Part shown: positions 40,325 through 52,882 of the stretch, piece after piece
Layout of the letters: the number at the start of each line of letters is the position of its first letter
How positions within the stretch are numbered: position 1 is the first letter of the stretch
Assembly (NCBI GenBank): GCA_900088475.1
Contig: FLMG01000549.1
Span: forward strand, 70,157-134,156
Direction: 5' to 3'
Length of the DNA: 64,000 bases
Source: Hyphochytrium catenoides
Lineage: Eukaryota > Protista > Hyphochytriomycota
The notes under the pieces: generated by a model
Databases searched by the model: none
Seen by the model: the letters and a program-made list of their open reading frames with translations, nothing else
What the model was told of the DNA's origin: nothing
Translations under genes and position numbers: made by a program

Positions 40325-41824
40325 ATGGCAGCAATGAAGCTTGCCCTGGGGCTCGCGGCGCTAGCAGCCAATCTCCTTGCCGTCAGTGCAGCCACACCTC
40401 CTATAATCATCAAGGGGAGTCAAATGTACAACTCAGAGACGAAGGCTCGATTTTTCGTCAAGGGACTGACTTATGAGTATGCTGTGGATGACGCATTTTA
40501 TACACAATATGGACAGAAGGCCTTCAATGACCTCATCGAGCCGCTTGGCGTGAACGCCATTCGTCTCTATCAAATCAACCCGGATAAGAGCTATGAAAAG
40601 TTTATGCTGGATATGCAGCAGCGGAATATGTATGTTATGGTGACAGCCACTCCCGGCGGAGATGACTACTTCGGTGACTATAAAAACTGTGTGTTGAACC
40701 GCTTTCTAATGCCGCTTGACAATGGCGGGTGCTATCCTGCGTGCTTGCTGGAGTATGGCAAGAAGGTGGCTAGCATGTTTGCCAAGTATGACAACAGCCT
40801 GGCATTGATTGTGGGCAACGAAGTAATGCAGTTCAATGCTACCTCTGCACCCTGCATCAAACAGTACGCTAAGGATCTGAAATCGTGGATGAGGTCTGCA
40901 GAGGGTGTAAAGTCGATGAGAGTTCTTCCATTGGCATACGCTGAAGCAGACACAGCTCCTCCAACTGCAGCAACCACAAGCACCCCCAATGACTGGCACA
41001 CCCTCCGCAACCAATTTTTTGCCTGCGATGATCCTCCAGTTGAAGGCAGCCTCCTAAACTCTATAGATATCACCATGGTCAACACCTACAGATATTGTAG
41101 CGACGCTACCGGAAAAACCTCTTATGAGAAACTGAAGGCAGCTGTGCAAGGATATCCAGGCGTCAACATCTTTGGAGAGTACGATTGTCCCGAGGTTGGA
41201 CCTTCTGGTACACGCAGTTGGGGCGCTGTGAGCTACCTCTTTTCGCCAAGTATGACCGATGTTTTCTCCGGTGGATTTGCCTACACCTATGGCTATGCGC
41301 TGCTGGATGCCAACTCGCCTTTCCCTATTGTAAGCGGTGGCGGTACCAAGGCAACGGACAACCCTGGTTACCAACCCACTGCTGCTTACACAGCATTGAA
41401 GCAGGCGTATAACAACGTGCAGTTCCCAGCAGAGTCTGGGACTTGGTCGAGTAAGTCGGCCATGTGCACCTTCAAGGGGACTGTCCCCAAGGGTACCCAG
41501 AGCTTTACGCAGACGTGTGCTGAGGTAACCAAGCGTATGTCCGATCTGACGGGCACAAAGGTCCAGTGGCCGGTCCAGAGCAGAGAGGGGGCAGTTTGTA
41601 ACAAAGAAGGCACTACCTGTGACGTCGCATATCCTACAGGCTTGAAAGTAACTCAGACCACTCTCTGCGGCGGCCAAGTACCCAAAGGCACAGTGAACAA
41701 CGGCGGCACTGATAGCGGCGGCAGTAACGGTGATGGTAACAGCTCTAGCGCACCCGAACTTTCCTCTGTCTCAGTTCTTGCGATTAGTGCTATTCTATGC
41801 CTATGCTCACTTGTTGCCTTGTAG
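40325..41824 (+). CDS. GH72 beta-1,3-glucanosyltransferase (Gas/Gel family), secreted and probably GPI-anchored (intronless)
   Basis: Signal peptide MKLALGLAALAANLLAVSA; IIIKG..RFFVKGLTY, NAIRLY, catalytic GNEV and FGEY, VFSGGFAYTY; Gly/Ser linker and hydrophobic C-terminus (GPI signal). Confidence 0.92.
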   Translation: MAAMKLALGLAALAANLLAVSAATPPIIIKGSQMYNSETKARFFVKGLTYEYAVDDAFYTQYGQKAFNDLIEPLGVNAIRLYQINPDKSYEKFMLDMQQRNMYVMVTATPGGDDYFGDYKNCVLNRFLMPLDNGGCYPACLLEYGKKVASMFAKYDNSLALIVGNEVMQFNATSAPCIKQYAKDLKSWMRSAEGVKSMRVLPLAYAEADTAPPTAATTSTPNDWHTLRNQFFACDDPPVEGSLLNSIDITMVNTYRYCSDATGKTSYEKLKAAVQGYPGVNIFGEYDCPEVGPSGTRSWGAVSYLFSPSMTDVFSGGFAYTYGYALLDANSPFPIVSGGGTKATDNPGYQPTAAYTALKQAYNNVQFPAESGTWSSKSAMCTFKGTVPKGTQSFTQTCAEVTKRMSDLTGTKVQWPVQSREGAVCNKEGTTCDVAYPTGLKVTQTTLCGGQVPKGTVNNGGTDSGGSNGDGNSSSAPELSSVSVLAISAILCLCSLVAL

Positions 41825-41997
41825 AGAAGAACAGTGCAGACGCTAGAAGCAGTACTCATTAGGCAAATCACGTTAAATCATCTAAATAACTAAAGCAAAC
41901 AACTCCTTGACATAAATAACTTTTGGCTGTCTTGGATCCTCTGCCCTTTTGCTTCTCCGTTCTTCTCTTCTGCTGGGAACCCCACGGATGGGACACC

Positions 41998-44900
41998 TCA
42001 CTTGGTGCTGTTGAGAAAGGAGAAGTTTAAATGCTTTTTGAGGAAGCCCTTCTTTGGAGGTTCATCGGTGGCGCTGCAGGAGACGAATGACGAGGTAGTC
42101 AGCAACATGCCGCTTCAGTTAGGACGATATCCCCAGGCAGCCCTCCCTCTTCTCCAGTCTCTCTCTTTTATCTTTTTGTCTCTCTACCACTTATCCTATA
42201 TGCGCAAGCCTCCCTCCCCGTTGTCCCCCTTTCGTTGGTGCTTGGCTATACTGATCCCATCCTCCGCACGTTGGCCAATTTAAGTTGATTTGTATGTCAA
42301 GGAAAGCATACGAACCTCTGTCCAGACGCAATCATCTTGGAGTCTATGACTGGGACAGAGTTTGACCGCGCTCGTTGCAGCATTTCCCTCTTTGCTTTCA
42401 ACTTTTCCTCTGCAAAATCTCGTCAGAATCAACACACAGCAAAATAGCACATTCGGTGCGAAATAAGGATCTCCAATTGGCTAGATAGGACCAACGGGAC
42501 GAAAGAGGAGGCGACCTGGGAGAAATGGACTAGACGCGGGCACCCCTGGACAAAGAGAATAGGAAAGCAAGGAGGCAGTAGGATGAAGCTGTAGTGGGCT
42601 AAGCACCTTTATCCTGTTGTCTGACAATCTGACTATACATCTCTAACTTTAGGTTTTCGAGAGGAGGAGCTCCAGCACTAATCTTTGATGGCGGCTGCTG
42701 CTGCTGCTGAAGAGCCTCCGCCAGCTGTCCCAGCTCTAGCTCCACCACCTCAGAGCTGGCTTCCGATTGGGAAGATGGCGATGCCCTAATCAGTGAGGAG
42801 AGAGTCGCAGTCACAGACGGACACAGTGTAAGTCGAGAGAAAGGCAGATTGAGGGAAACGTATCATACCTCTTAGAGCCGTGAAAGCCATTGAGAGAGCT
42901 GCCCGCCTGGTTATGAACAGAGGACAGAAGGAACTCAATAAAGGGTCCGGACTAGGCACACCAAGAACATTGAATACCGGAATAAAATTGGTGATAGACC
43001 ACTGGCGAAAGATGATAAAGGATAGAGAGTAACATCTATAAGCCACTGCTAATGACAAAGATGACTGAACATTCACAGATAAGGAGCTCGATCCCACCAT
43101 CGTTTTCGCCTTCCAGCTCCTGCTTCCCCCTCTCTCAGGCTCCATTGAGCCAAGATGATTTAGTGCCGTGAGATCTCTCAGTCGTCTCTCGAGCTTCTGA
43201 GCTCTTTCCTGTCTCAGTGAGTTAGTGATAGTGTGCCAACGTATGTTCCAGGCAGAGCCTCTTTACAAGTCTCTGGCCTGATCAACTTCTCTTCATCCCC
43301 ATTGAGTTACCCTCCGCCTGTTCCTATCGGTCGCTTAGGACCTACCAGGAGCTTTTCCTTCTCCTTCTTGAAAATCGCTTCCTTCTCTTCATATTCTCTT
43401 CGCAGTTCCAGTTTGGCCTCCATTAGCTTCCTATCATACTTATCCACGAGCTCCGATGCCTCTTCCAGCGCCCGGTCCGCTCTCACTCGCCCTGTTTCCT
43501 CCACGACAAGCAATTGCTCTTCCGAGATCCGGCGAGCTACTTCTAACTCCTGCCGTAGAACCTGAGAGACAAGAGAGTAAGGAAAGAGCAAATGACTAAG
43601 AGGCAGAGTGATAGACAGAACGCGCAAGCAAAACACTAAGAGCTAATTGTGTGCCTTTGGACAGGAAGAGATGGATATAGACTGTCAGACAGAAAGAGGG
43701 CGTAGGAAGTTCCAAAAAGTAAATGACTCGTGTCACACCTCCACATCCCGTACGGCTTCTTCCTCTCTTATCTGGGCGCGCTGCAGGTCTGCTCTGTGCT
43801 GCAAAGACTCTGCCTCCTTCTCTCTGTTGACTCGTTGCAACTCCGCGTTGGCTGTCTCTAATGACTTGATACGAGCCTGCATCTTCTTCACTTTCTCATT
43901 GGCCTGCTGCAGCAGAACATGCTGCTGCTGGTTTTGCTGCAGCACCTGTATATCTCCAGCTGCGGGCCCCAACGCACTTTCAAGCCCACCATTGAGTGTC
44001 TTTGAGCTGTCTAAAGCCTCGTATCGCCGCCGTTGAGTGACTAGTTCCGCTTCTAGCTGAGCGCATCGCGCCGTCTGCTCCTCAAGTTGTCGGTTCAAAG
44101 CCTCAAGCTTAGCAGAGCCTTCAAGCAGAAGGTTGTCGTGATGTAGCTGCAAGGTATCATGGTGGCTTTCCATCTCTTGCAGTTGCAGCTGAAGATCTTG
44201 AAAGCGCTGCGCATCCTCTCCCGAGCTTGGAAGCTGCGCCCGCTGTTTCAGCTCAGAGTTCTCATCACGAAGCTTGTCTCGCTCCTCCTCGGCCTCCTTA
44301 AGCCTGTCACACTTTGCATATGGGAGAAGGGAACGGATGAATGGAGCACTTTTAGAGCCAAAGCAAAAAAGAGTTGGAGTTGCAGGCGGCCATATGGTTA
44401 AAGCTTAATAGATCACAGAGAGGGCCCATGCTAGCGATCACTTGACTCTTCTAACAAGGAGGAAGACCGTAGAAAATGTGATGGAGAGTGAAAGACTGTA
44501 AGAAAAACGAAGATGAGAGAAAGCAGGATGATGAGCCAGGCCTTGAAAGAGGTATCCAAATGTCCGAAAGGACAAGAGTAGCGGTTTACCACTCTCTGCA
44601 TGGCCGAAAGGAACTCCTTTAGCTTCGCCTCCTGCTTTGAAATCCGCGTCTCTAGGTCCTGAATGGTGGTCTGGGCCTGCTGATAAGCTTTGGATTGGCT
44701 CTCGAGGTTCTCAGAGAGTTTTCTTCTCTCTTCTTCGCTCTTGCACAGAGCTTCTGCCGCCGCCTCTTTCTCTGAAAGGCGTGTATGGAGAGAAAGGTGG
44801 CTACGTGCCTCTACCTGCTTGAGGGCCGCCTGCAGCTGCTCGATCTCTTGAAGTAACTGGGCACGATCTCTCTGTTGACTATCGTCCGCAGAAGAAGGTT

Positions 44901-47900
44901 GCACAGGGCGTGAGAATAGCTGTTCCTTCTGTTTGTCCATCTGCCTCTCGAGCTGCTGGATCCGATATTTTAGAGCTTGATTCTCTTTGCGCGACTGCGC
45001 TAGAGAGTTCATTGTCAGCTTGATGAGACGCTGCGAGCCACTTTGGCCCTGCAATGCATTAATGCCAGAGGCGGTAGTAACGCCTTCCTGGTCTTCTTCA
45101 GCAGCAGTTTGACCCACTAAGCCTCTGTCTTCAGGGCTTTCTATGGAAGAGCAGGCTTGCCAGGAGTCACTGCTCGGATCAGTTACGTTCTTCTGCGCGC
45201 CTTCTATGCCAAGCAAGAAGTTCTCTAGCTCATCCAAAGATTCTTCTGTTCCTCCAGGTGTACGTGGCGAGGCAGTCGGAGACTGGGTGTTTTGCCTTGC
45301 TCCTCTTGATCTTCTCCGGCTATTTCTCCTTTTCTGTCTACTTGTCGATTTGGGACTCTTGCTGCCCGCGGCATGGCTGGCGTTGCTCCGATCCGTTCGA
45401 TGTCCGTCTCGATCATAGTTGCGGGGATCTCGGTTTGATGGAACAGCCTCCCTGGGACGTGAAGAGGCAGGAAGTCGCAGACAAAACGAAAGAGAGAGAA
45501 GAGGCAAAGTATAAAGTCAGTTGTCGTAATAAGAAAGTAACCCCGGCGCACCCGTGAGGATTGTCAGTCAAGCAAGAGAAGGACTGCTACCAAACATATT
45601 TCTCCCTTCCGAGAAGTGATGCAACGAATGGAGAGAGATCTACAGGGAACATGACGATCACGCCGTGGAGCCGACTACAGACCATCTTGTGTCTACTTTG
45701 GCTTGAGTGATTAGCCCTTTGGTGATGGCTCCGTACTTCAGAGTGTTCAGCATCTCGTCGTAACAGTCATTCTCAGGGTTAGCATTCAGGATCATTACCG
45801 TGCGCCCGCAGTCTTGACCGACCAAAGACTCTTGAAAGAGCTGTCAGAGAGATAATGCAAAGAAGGTGAGCGAAGACACATAAATAGCAAGAGAGTAGGA
45901 GAGAGAGACAGACGTCACCACTCTCCAAAAGAGGGCGGTCTTTAAGTAGTTAGACAGAGGAGGAAGTGGAAGCCTGGTACTAACCCTAGTAAGCTTCGAG
46001 TGTCTAAAGGGCACCACCAGCTTCTTCTGACTAGCGAGATGCGATTGATTGAATCGCAGCGCCTCGATGCAGCGCATAAGGTTCATCAGGCTGCTGTTAA
46101 TATTAGACGACTCCTTGAGGCGCAAGCCACGAGCCCCGGTCTTTGCCCATCTCTCACTCCCTGCTAGATCTACGATGTGAAGCTGAATGGAGCTTTGATT
46201 AGAGAAAGGTTGGGAACAACAGTCAGCTCTTGTACATCGCTAAAAGGGCTTACACGAGCTTCTCTAGATATCACAGCGTCTTCATCCGCTATATCTTTCG
46301 TGAGCTTAATGGTGAAGACCGAGTGACTGCGGCTAGAGTCTGTGTTGCAACGAGTCTCTGCCACCTGGGAGCGATATGAAAGTGAGGGGATGGGGACCGC
46401 TATAGAGGCCGCAACGTAGGTGAGAGTCATACCTGGCGACTCTTGGTTCCCACTTCCATAAGGTTCAAACCTTCTTCTGCGGAGCTGATGGGCTCGTCTC
46501 TTAGTCCTTTGATGAGCACCCGTCCATAGTGATCTAGAAGCTTCAACTTCTGCCTAGGCCTGAGTGAGGAGGATTATGAGCGAATGACCACGGATGAGGG
46601 CCAGACCATTGGCTTGCAAGCGATGCGTACTGACTTTCCCTTATCGGGTAGAGGAGCCAATAGATCATAGACTTCCTCATTGTAGACTTCCAAATACGAT
46701 ACTGAGGCCTGGGAGACAGAAGTCTTAGCAATTGCGCTCTCTGGCAACGATATCTATTCTAAGTCTGCCGGTTCTTGACTTTACTCTCTTATTCTCTTTT
46801 CTTCTTCTTCTTCTCTCTCTCTCTCCTCATTATTTCTCCATCTCCTTTTTTGTTCCTGTCTCACTTTCTCTTATCTCCCTAACCATTGCCTTGCCCCGTG
46901 CCCCTTTCGGACTTATCCTTGAAGCTGCAATATCCCAAGGCAGCGCCGTGTCCTTACCTTATATGATACCTGCCCTATCCGAGTGCCTTCTCTATATCCA
47001 TCGTTAATCCCTCTGAGTGGTTCCTCCTTGGGCTGTTGAATATTGAAGCAGCCCAGTGAGGGCGATAGCCGCACGTATTGTGCAATTGATAAGACCTCAC
47101 CTTGGCCTTGATCACTTCGAAGAGCATGCGGAGAGCTTGAGGTAGCACCCCTGGTTTGGTCTCGCTCCCTTTGTAGGTAAAACGTAATGAGTTGACTGAG
47201 GGTTTCATCTTTTGAAAGTAAAGAAGCACAATACCTAGGATGGTGAAAGTCTTTCCTGAGTTCGTTATACCGTAGGCAAAGACGAGCCCATTGTCACCCT
47301 CAAACAGCGCGGCGAGGAGCTGCTTGCACGTAGCATCAAAGAGCTCCTCTTGAGCGGTCGTTGGGCCGAATACACTAGTATCGGTGGCGTAGCACAGGTC
47401 AAGGGTGAAGAAAGCGAGAACAAGAGGAAAGACACTAGAAAACTTAAGAAGACGTAAAGCTAGCAGGAAAAGTCGAGGCACATAGAGTGGGATCAGTTAA
47501 CTCCTTCTGTGGTTCTGGCCTTCCAATCGAAGGCTCCTGAATTCTTACCGGTTGAAGGTGAAAGTGGCTTGGGTTTCCCCAATGGTCGCTGCTTTGGATT
47601 TCTAAAACATGCCAGGCTCAGGACTAAGCTGCTAGCAGTGAAGACGCTAAGACTCTTACCGGTGGGGCGAATGAGCGAACTGTGGTGTCATTCTCTATAA
47701 GAATGGTCTCAGAAGCGCGCCCCGGCTCGCGAGATGTGAACGTCTGAGAGTCTCCTTGTCCTCGGACTAGCAGGGGCCGCACGCGAAGGTAGATCTACAG
47801 AACACAATCAGGACACAAAATGGAGGGGTAACATGCTATGGACCGCCCCAATTTACCTGGACGTTTTCCTTCCTCCCCTTCTGACTCTGAGTTGGGGACT

Positions 47901-48112
47901 CTGTGCCTGACCTAGCCTTAGTCTCTTCTTTGTCTAATGAGACGTCCACTTCCGCCGCATATCCATTATTTTCCAGGAGAGAAGGGGGCTAATGTCGGCC
48001 AGTGAGCTTCCGATTAGTGCTACAGAGCCCTAGCTCACGTCCCTACCTTCAGTGGGCTCTTCTTGGCTTGAGGACTCCAGTTGCTGGACTGGTTAACATT
48101 ACCCCTCCTCAT
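41998..48112 (-). CDS. Kinesin-6-like (KIF20/KIF23-type) motor with long coiled-coil tail (multi-exon)
   Basis: IYLRVRPL, P-loop [75 protein letters not shown], followed by Q/E-rich coiled-coil exons. Start and stop inferred by eye. Confidence 0.88.
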
Positions 48113-48641
48113 ACTTGTCACAAAGGCGGACACAGACTACCAACTCCAGGAATGGGCTGCAAGTCAAGCTCACCTCACCAGACCTGGGAAGTCGCCACGG
48201 AAAGAGCTATTGGGGAAGGAGAAGCATCTTTCGCGCTTCACGAATTTCAACCGTTCACCATCTGCCCAGCTTTCGGTGCGTCAATCTCTCTCAATCGCCC
48301 AGTCATCTACATAGAGATACCTGCGATCAGAAACAGAAACACATCCTCAAGCGAGCTCAATTCACAGCCAGCACTTTCGGGGAGGACAACGACGGCAAGT
48401 GGAAAAAGCTCAAGCAACATAAAGAGATTTACATGGCCATGCGAAAGAAGAGAGTGAGGGAGGAGAAGAAGAGGAGGAGGAAGGGGCCGAGGCAATCAAG
48501 CCAGAGCAGCAGCTTGGCTGCTCCGTCTCGCCTCGTAAGCAAGCTTGGCTCTCCTCCTTCGCCAACACCATCATTCTGACCTGATGGGCGGTTACTGGTC
48601 TGTCCGTTAGCGGCCGACAAAGTTGTTGCTGTTGTTAGATG

Positions 48642-48764
48642 AGGATTCTGAATTCCAAAGTCAAATACCAGATATCCTTTTGGTTCTGTATAGTGTAGAT
48701 CAACTACGAATGATAGAGATCCAGAATAGGATATTTGATATTTGACTTTGAAATTCAGAATCCT
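48642..48764. repeat. Foldback / inverted repeat: 37-bp arms (34/37 matching), 49-bp spacer; MITE-like or hairpin-RNA candidate
   Basis: Arm 48642-48678 (aggattctgaattccaaagtcaaataccagatatcct) is the reverse complement of 48728-48764 except for 3 transitions. Confidence 0.9.
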
Positions 48765-49333
48765 GCAACCTTTTCCTGGAGGATGTCTGAAACTTCCTAA
48801 CAGGAAGTACGAGGTCTATGTACCCCCATCAGTATCAGCGACTCGAGACAGAGTAGACGCCTTCTGTGTTATATAAAATTTATACGCTACAAAAGCAAGC
48901 GTAGGTGAGGTACAAAGGTTTGGAAGACAGGGAGAAACGGGGCTAGATATATTTAGAGACAGGCTAAGCTGAGAAACGAGACAGAGAGAAGACAGAGAGG
49001 ACGGGAGAAGGAGACTTTTACATAGATACAAGGCTACAACGAGCGAGACGACTAGGCAGAAAGAGAAGGAAAGAGATAGCAGGGAAAAGCAAATAAAAAG
49101 AAAGGTATGAAGAAAAGAACGAAGGAAGCCAAAAGGAGATGCTTATCGCCGCATTGGAGTGCACGTCTTTCCCGTCACAATGTGGAGCTTATGAGCTGGA
49201 GACGCCGACAAGCATTGGCAGTCCAAATCTCTGTGAGCTTTCAGGTCTTCATTGCCTAAAGAAAGAAGGAAGCAGCAGTCTCAATCTTGTTGGAAGAGGC
49301 CCATAATAGAGACTTTGAATCCTGAGCGCAACG

Positions 49334-49968
49334 ATGGGAAGGAAGCTTCCAGCAAACGCGAACCGCAATACAGAATGGATCGATTCCATGTATTTCTACT
49401 GGTTTTATCTCTTCCTGATCGCCGTAGCTTTTCTGGCTGTTGAGCTGCTCCCAGCACAAGCCAAGGTTCTCGGCTGCGCTTGGACTACCATAAACGTCAT
49501 TCACGGCGTGGTAGGTGAACTGCTTGGTAAAGACAGGGCTGGCGGACGTGAGGTTAACCTGTTGTTTGCCATAGATTTCTTTCATCATGTTCCACTGGAT
49601 GAAGGGCTCACCTGATCAGGATGCGCAAGGAGCGTATAACCATCTTACATTCTATGAGCAGATAGATGCGGGTATCCCATGGACGCGCACCAAGAAGTTC
49701 CTCATGCTAGTTCCCACATTCTTGTACGTCCCATTGCGGTGTCTCACTTCACCCAGGGTGGTCCTCATAGTTGTGCTGTCTCCACTTCAGGCTCATTATT
49801 GCTTCCGTGGTCACCAACTACGAGTCCCAGAATCTTATGGTTAATGTTCCCATCTGGGCCATCCTAATTATCGCGAAGCTTCCAGAGCTACATTTAGTCC
49901 GAATCTTCGGTATTAACGCTACCGTCGGCATTGACGATGAGAAGTATCAAAAGATGAAGCTCTCATAG
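49334..49968 (+). CDS. ORMDL: ORMDL/Orm sphingolipid biosynthesis regulator (2 introns)
   Basis: NRNTEW, AWTTINVIH, FHWMKGSP, LTFYEQID.G..WTRTKKFLMLVP, IAKLPELHLVRIFGIN. Confidence 0.95.
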
Positions 49969-50379
49969 GAACTATCGACGGGTAATTCTTTTCTCCTTTA
50001 CCTGTGACTCTTCAATGCATTGGCTCCAAGGAAGTAGGGGCTAGGTTAGCACATTCAGTCCATTCATTGCGTGTAGGTTAGCTCTTTATCCGCTCCGATT
50101 GGAGTCTGGCCCCATAATGTGATAGTAAGAACTATTTATCTTGAAAAGCGCAGTCAACTTAGCTAGTACGCCCTATGGGTTCCCCTTACGACGCCTACGC
50201 TGCCAAGGTTTCCAGTACCCCTCACTTTGTCGTCCTTTTATCAATTATAGAGCTCGTGTTGGACAGCCCTGTCCGAAGTAAACATGAGCTAGGGGCTGTC
50301 GTTCTTGTCAATAGCTTGGCCTTTGACCGAATGTAAATATTGCACATGACGCCGGCGTCTCCCTTGCGCTATCGTGTGG

Positions 50380-51664
50380 TCACCAATTCTGGCGCCGCTG
50401 AGTCGAGTTACCCATTTGTGGGGGTTGCGGTTGGCCCTTCTGCTGTTGCATTTTACCTGAGTTTGAGCCAGTAGAACTTGTTGAACCCATGCCTTCCCAT
50501 CTTAAGTCGGCAAAGCCTGCCATTCCGCCCCCCAAACCACCACTGCCTGGCCCTGCTGTCCTGATCGAATGGCTCATATTGGGTGGAGAATGACCACCTG
50601 GTCTCATAGCCATCCCACCTGTATTGCCCATGGTGTTATTCATGGCGTTTAGAGGGGGAGGTGGGGTAGCTGTTCTATGCATACTCATCCCCATCGCCGG
50701 AGATTGTGATCGTTGGGGGCCAGCGCCAAAGGCGGCGTTCATTGGCTGCTGAGGCGCCGCATTGGCGGCAAAGACGTCAAAGGGGTCGCGCTATTGAGAC
50801 AGAGCGTTATCAGACCAAAAATCCAAGCGGACCATGCCACGCATTGGCACATACCTGAGGCATACTTGGAGCCTGTGCCATACTTGGCGCTTGACTCTTA
50901 ATGGGCATCGTGGGCGGTGTTGCGGGTACTGGCTTGGATAACTTCAGACATAACAACGACGTTAACATCAAGTAGTCAGCTCAACGTCCAGGGAGCAACC
51001 GCTTCGATAGCGTACCAGCGAGGCAAGATCGTCCGTGATGGTAGTGGGTGGTGCTCGACGGCTAGGCTCTGTGCATAGAAGTGAACGGGTTATTCTAGGA
51101 TGGTATTCAGGGTCAAGTATGAATGGATGAAATACCTGAAGCGTGGATCTCCGTTTTAGGTGAGGAAGGCGGAGTTTCGTGAAGGAGATTTGCAGTTGGC
51201 GCTGTCTCAGGCACGGCAGGCGCAACAGGGTCTGGCTTGATTCTATCCTTAGCATAAAGGGATCCCCCTATTCTTGCGATCTTTGCCACAACTGCACCGT
51301 CAAATATGGGTACAGTCTCCTCATCCCGTGTTATGTCTAACCAAACTATGGCGTGTGGAAGGTCAGGGAAGGCGTCTCAACAATAAAAAGTTTCCTGGGC
51401 CACTAACCGTAGGTGCTCTCAAAAGTATGCTTGAATCTAAAATGGTACTTGCCCGGAAGAGGGAATGCCTACTCAAGATAGAGTTTTTAGCTACCTACCA
51501 AGATGAGGGAGTAGAGACATTGACCGGCATAAGGCCCGAACCTGCTTGATGTCCGATAGCGTGGGCCTTGTAACCGCCTTGGGAAGAGGAAAAAGGTTCG
51601 GATGGTCAAAATCGTCACCATCGTCTGGGATGACATAGTGGACGCTGATTCCTTCAACCTCCAT
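50380..51664 (-). CDS. DIX-domain-like protein with low-complexity C-terminal region (multi-exon)
   Basis: N-terminus VHYVIPDDGDDFDHPNLF..PTLSDIKQ|AFPLPGKYHFRFK..|VWLDIT..ETVPIFDGAVVAK resembles the DIX consensus (y.f.FK...v.......lP.f.G.i.ak). The tail is P/M/G/Q-rich and contains DPF. Confidence 0.75.
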
Positions 51665-52330
51665 CGCACCCAACTCTCACAAAACTCCAATGGGTTTTCC
51701 CTTCGGATCGTAGCAGATAGCGGAGACCCCGTAGCTACAGAGAGTAACCACACATAGACTCGTGATTGGCATGCGCCTCCTGGTGGCTGCTGAGAAGTGT
51801 AGGGGCCACTTGAAGCTGTACTCTTCGACTCGGATCTAGCCTACAAGTAGACACCGGAGTTTGTATATCTGACGGCGCTCACCAAAGAGGAGAGGAAGGC
51901 TTCAGTTAGCGCTGATCCGTGTAATGAACCTACGATGGCGCGGGATGAACAATCGATGTAAAGCAGTTGGAAAGTGTACTTGTAAGCTCCTCATAGAGAG
52001 ATCTGAGCCCAGCAGCAGGCAACACTAACCCCTAAACCCCAGTATATTTCGAATCCGTACGTCTATCTACACTGTATTCGGGGAGATATCTATTTTGCAC
52101 AGTTCTTATTCAGCAGAGGATGACCAGCAATGAGTAACGAAATGAGGGATGCTCTGGATCTATAAAAATCACCTTGGAACGACATCAGTCAACCCTAGGA
52201 ATGACCAACTCATCAGACGACGAGCTTCGTATGACCAGGCTCCAAAATCTATCGGCTGAGGAGAAGAGGTTAGACGTTAGCTTGCTCGGCTTTCAGAACT
52301 CTGTCTGGAGGAGCCTCTTTAGACGTGGCC

Positions 52331-52755
52331 ATGAAGTACACTCGATTATATACTGGAAGTGATGGTCAGTCGCACTTTGAGGACGTTGAAGTGCCGTTGA
52401 TAGACAAAGGTGATATCGGAAGGCTCTCCAAGGCCTTCGGCGCAACCGGAGTAATCTTTCGAGAAACTCCAGGTAGCTATAACTTTCAATGGCATCATGC
52501 GCCCCAAAGGCAATTCGTTGTGATGCTGGATGGGAAGGTAAGCTTTGCCTTTGACTTTCCCCAGGGTTGGAGGTAGCTAGGTAATCATCGTCACTTTGTC
52601 TGCAGGTTGAGATAGAGGTAGGAGACGGCACCAAACGGACGTTCGAAACCGGTGACATCCTTCTAGCAGAAGACACGACGGGGCAAGGTCACATATCTAG
52701 AGCCGTGGATGGCCAGCCAAGAAAGTCGTTATTTATAACACTAAGCAACCCTTAG
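52331..52755 (+). CDS. Small bacterial-type cupin-domain protein (1 intron, 52538-52605)
   Basis: Spliced product MKYTRLYTGSDGQSHFEDVEVPL...WHHAPQRQFVVMLDGK|VEIEVGDGTKRTFETGDILLAEDTTGQGHISRAVDGQPRKSLFITLSNP*. The gtaagc...tgcag intron restores the frame. Confidence 0.88.
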
Positions 52756-52882
52756 TACTCAGTACTCGGGGTGAGCATATCAGAACCAAGATCTTTAGTA
52801 GCGGGTTGTATGGAAAAGGAACAGAGCGGCTATGGTAACAGATGCTCAGATCTTTGAACGTGCAGCTAACTCTGCGATCACT

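Noticed and set aside
48002-48620. 150-aa plus-strand ORFs (48002-48457, 48115-48579)
   Set aside because: They overlap the kinesin first exon and its pyrimidine-rich upstream region on the opposite strand; low-complexity, no motifs.
52025-52085. Telomere-like ctaacccctaaaccc and a tRNA T-loop-like ttcgaatcc
   Set aside because: Only two imperfect telomere-like units, and no cloverleaf or A-box upstream of the T-loop-like string.
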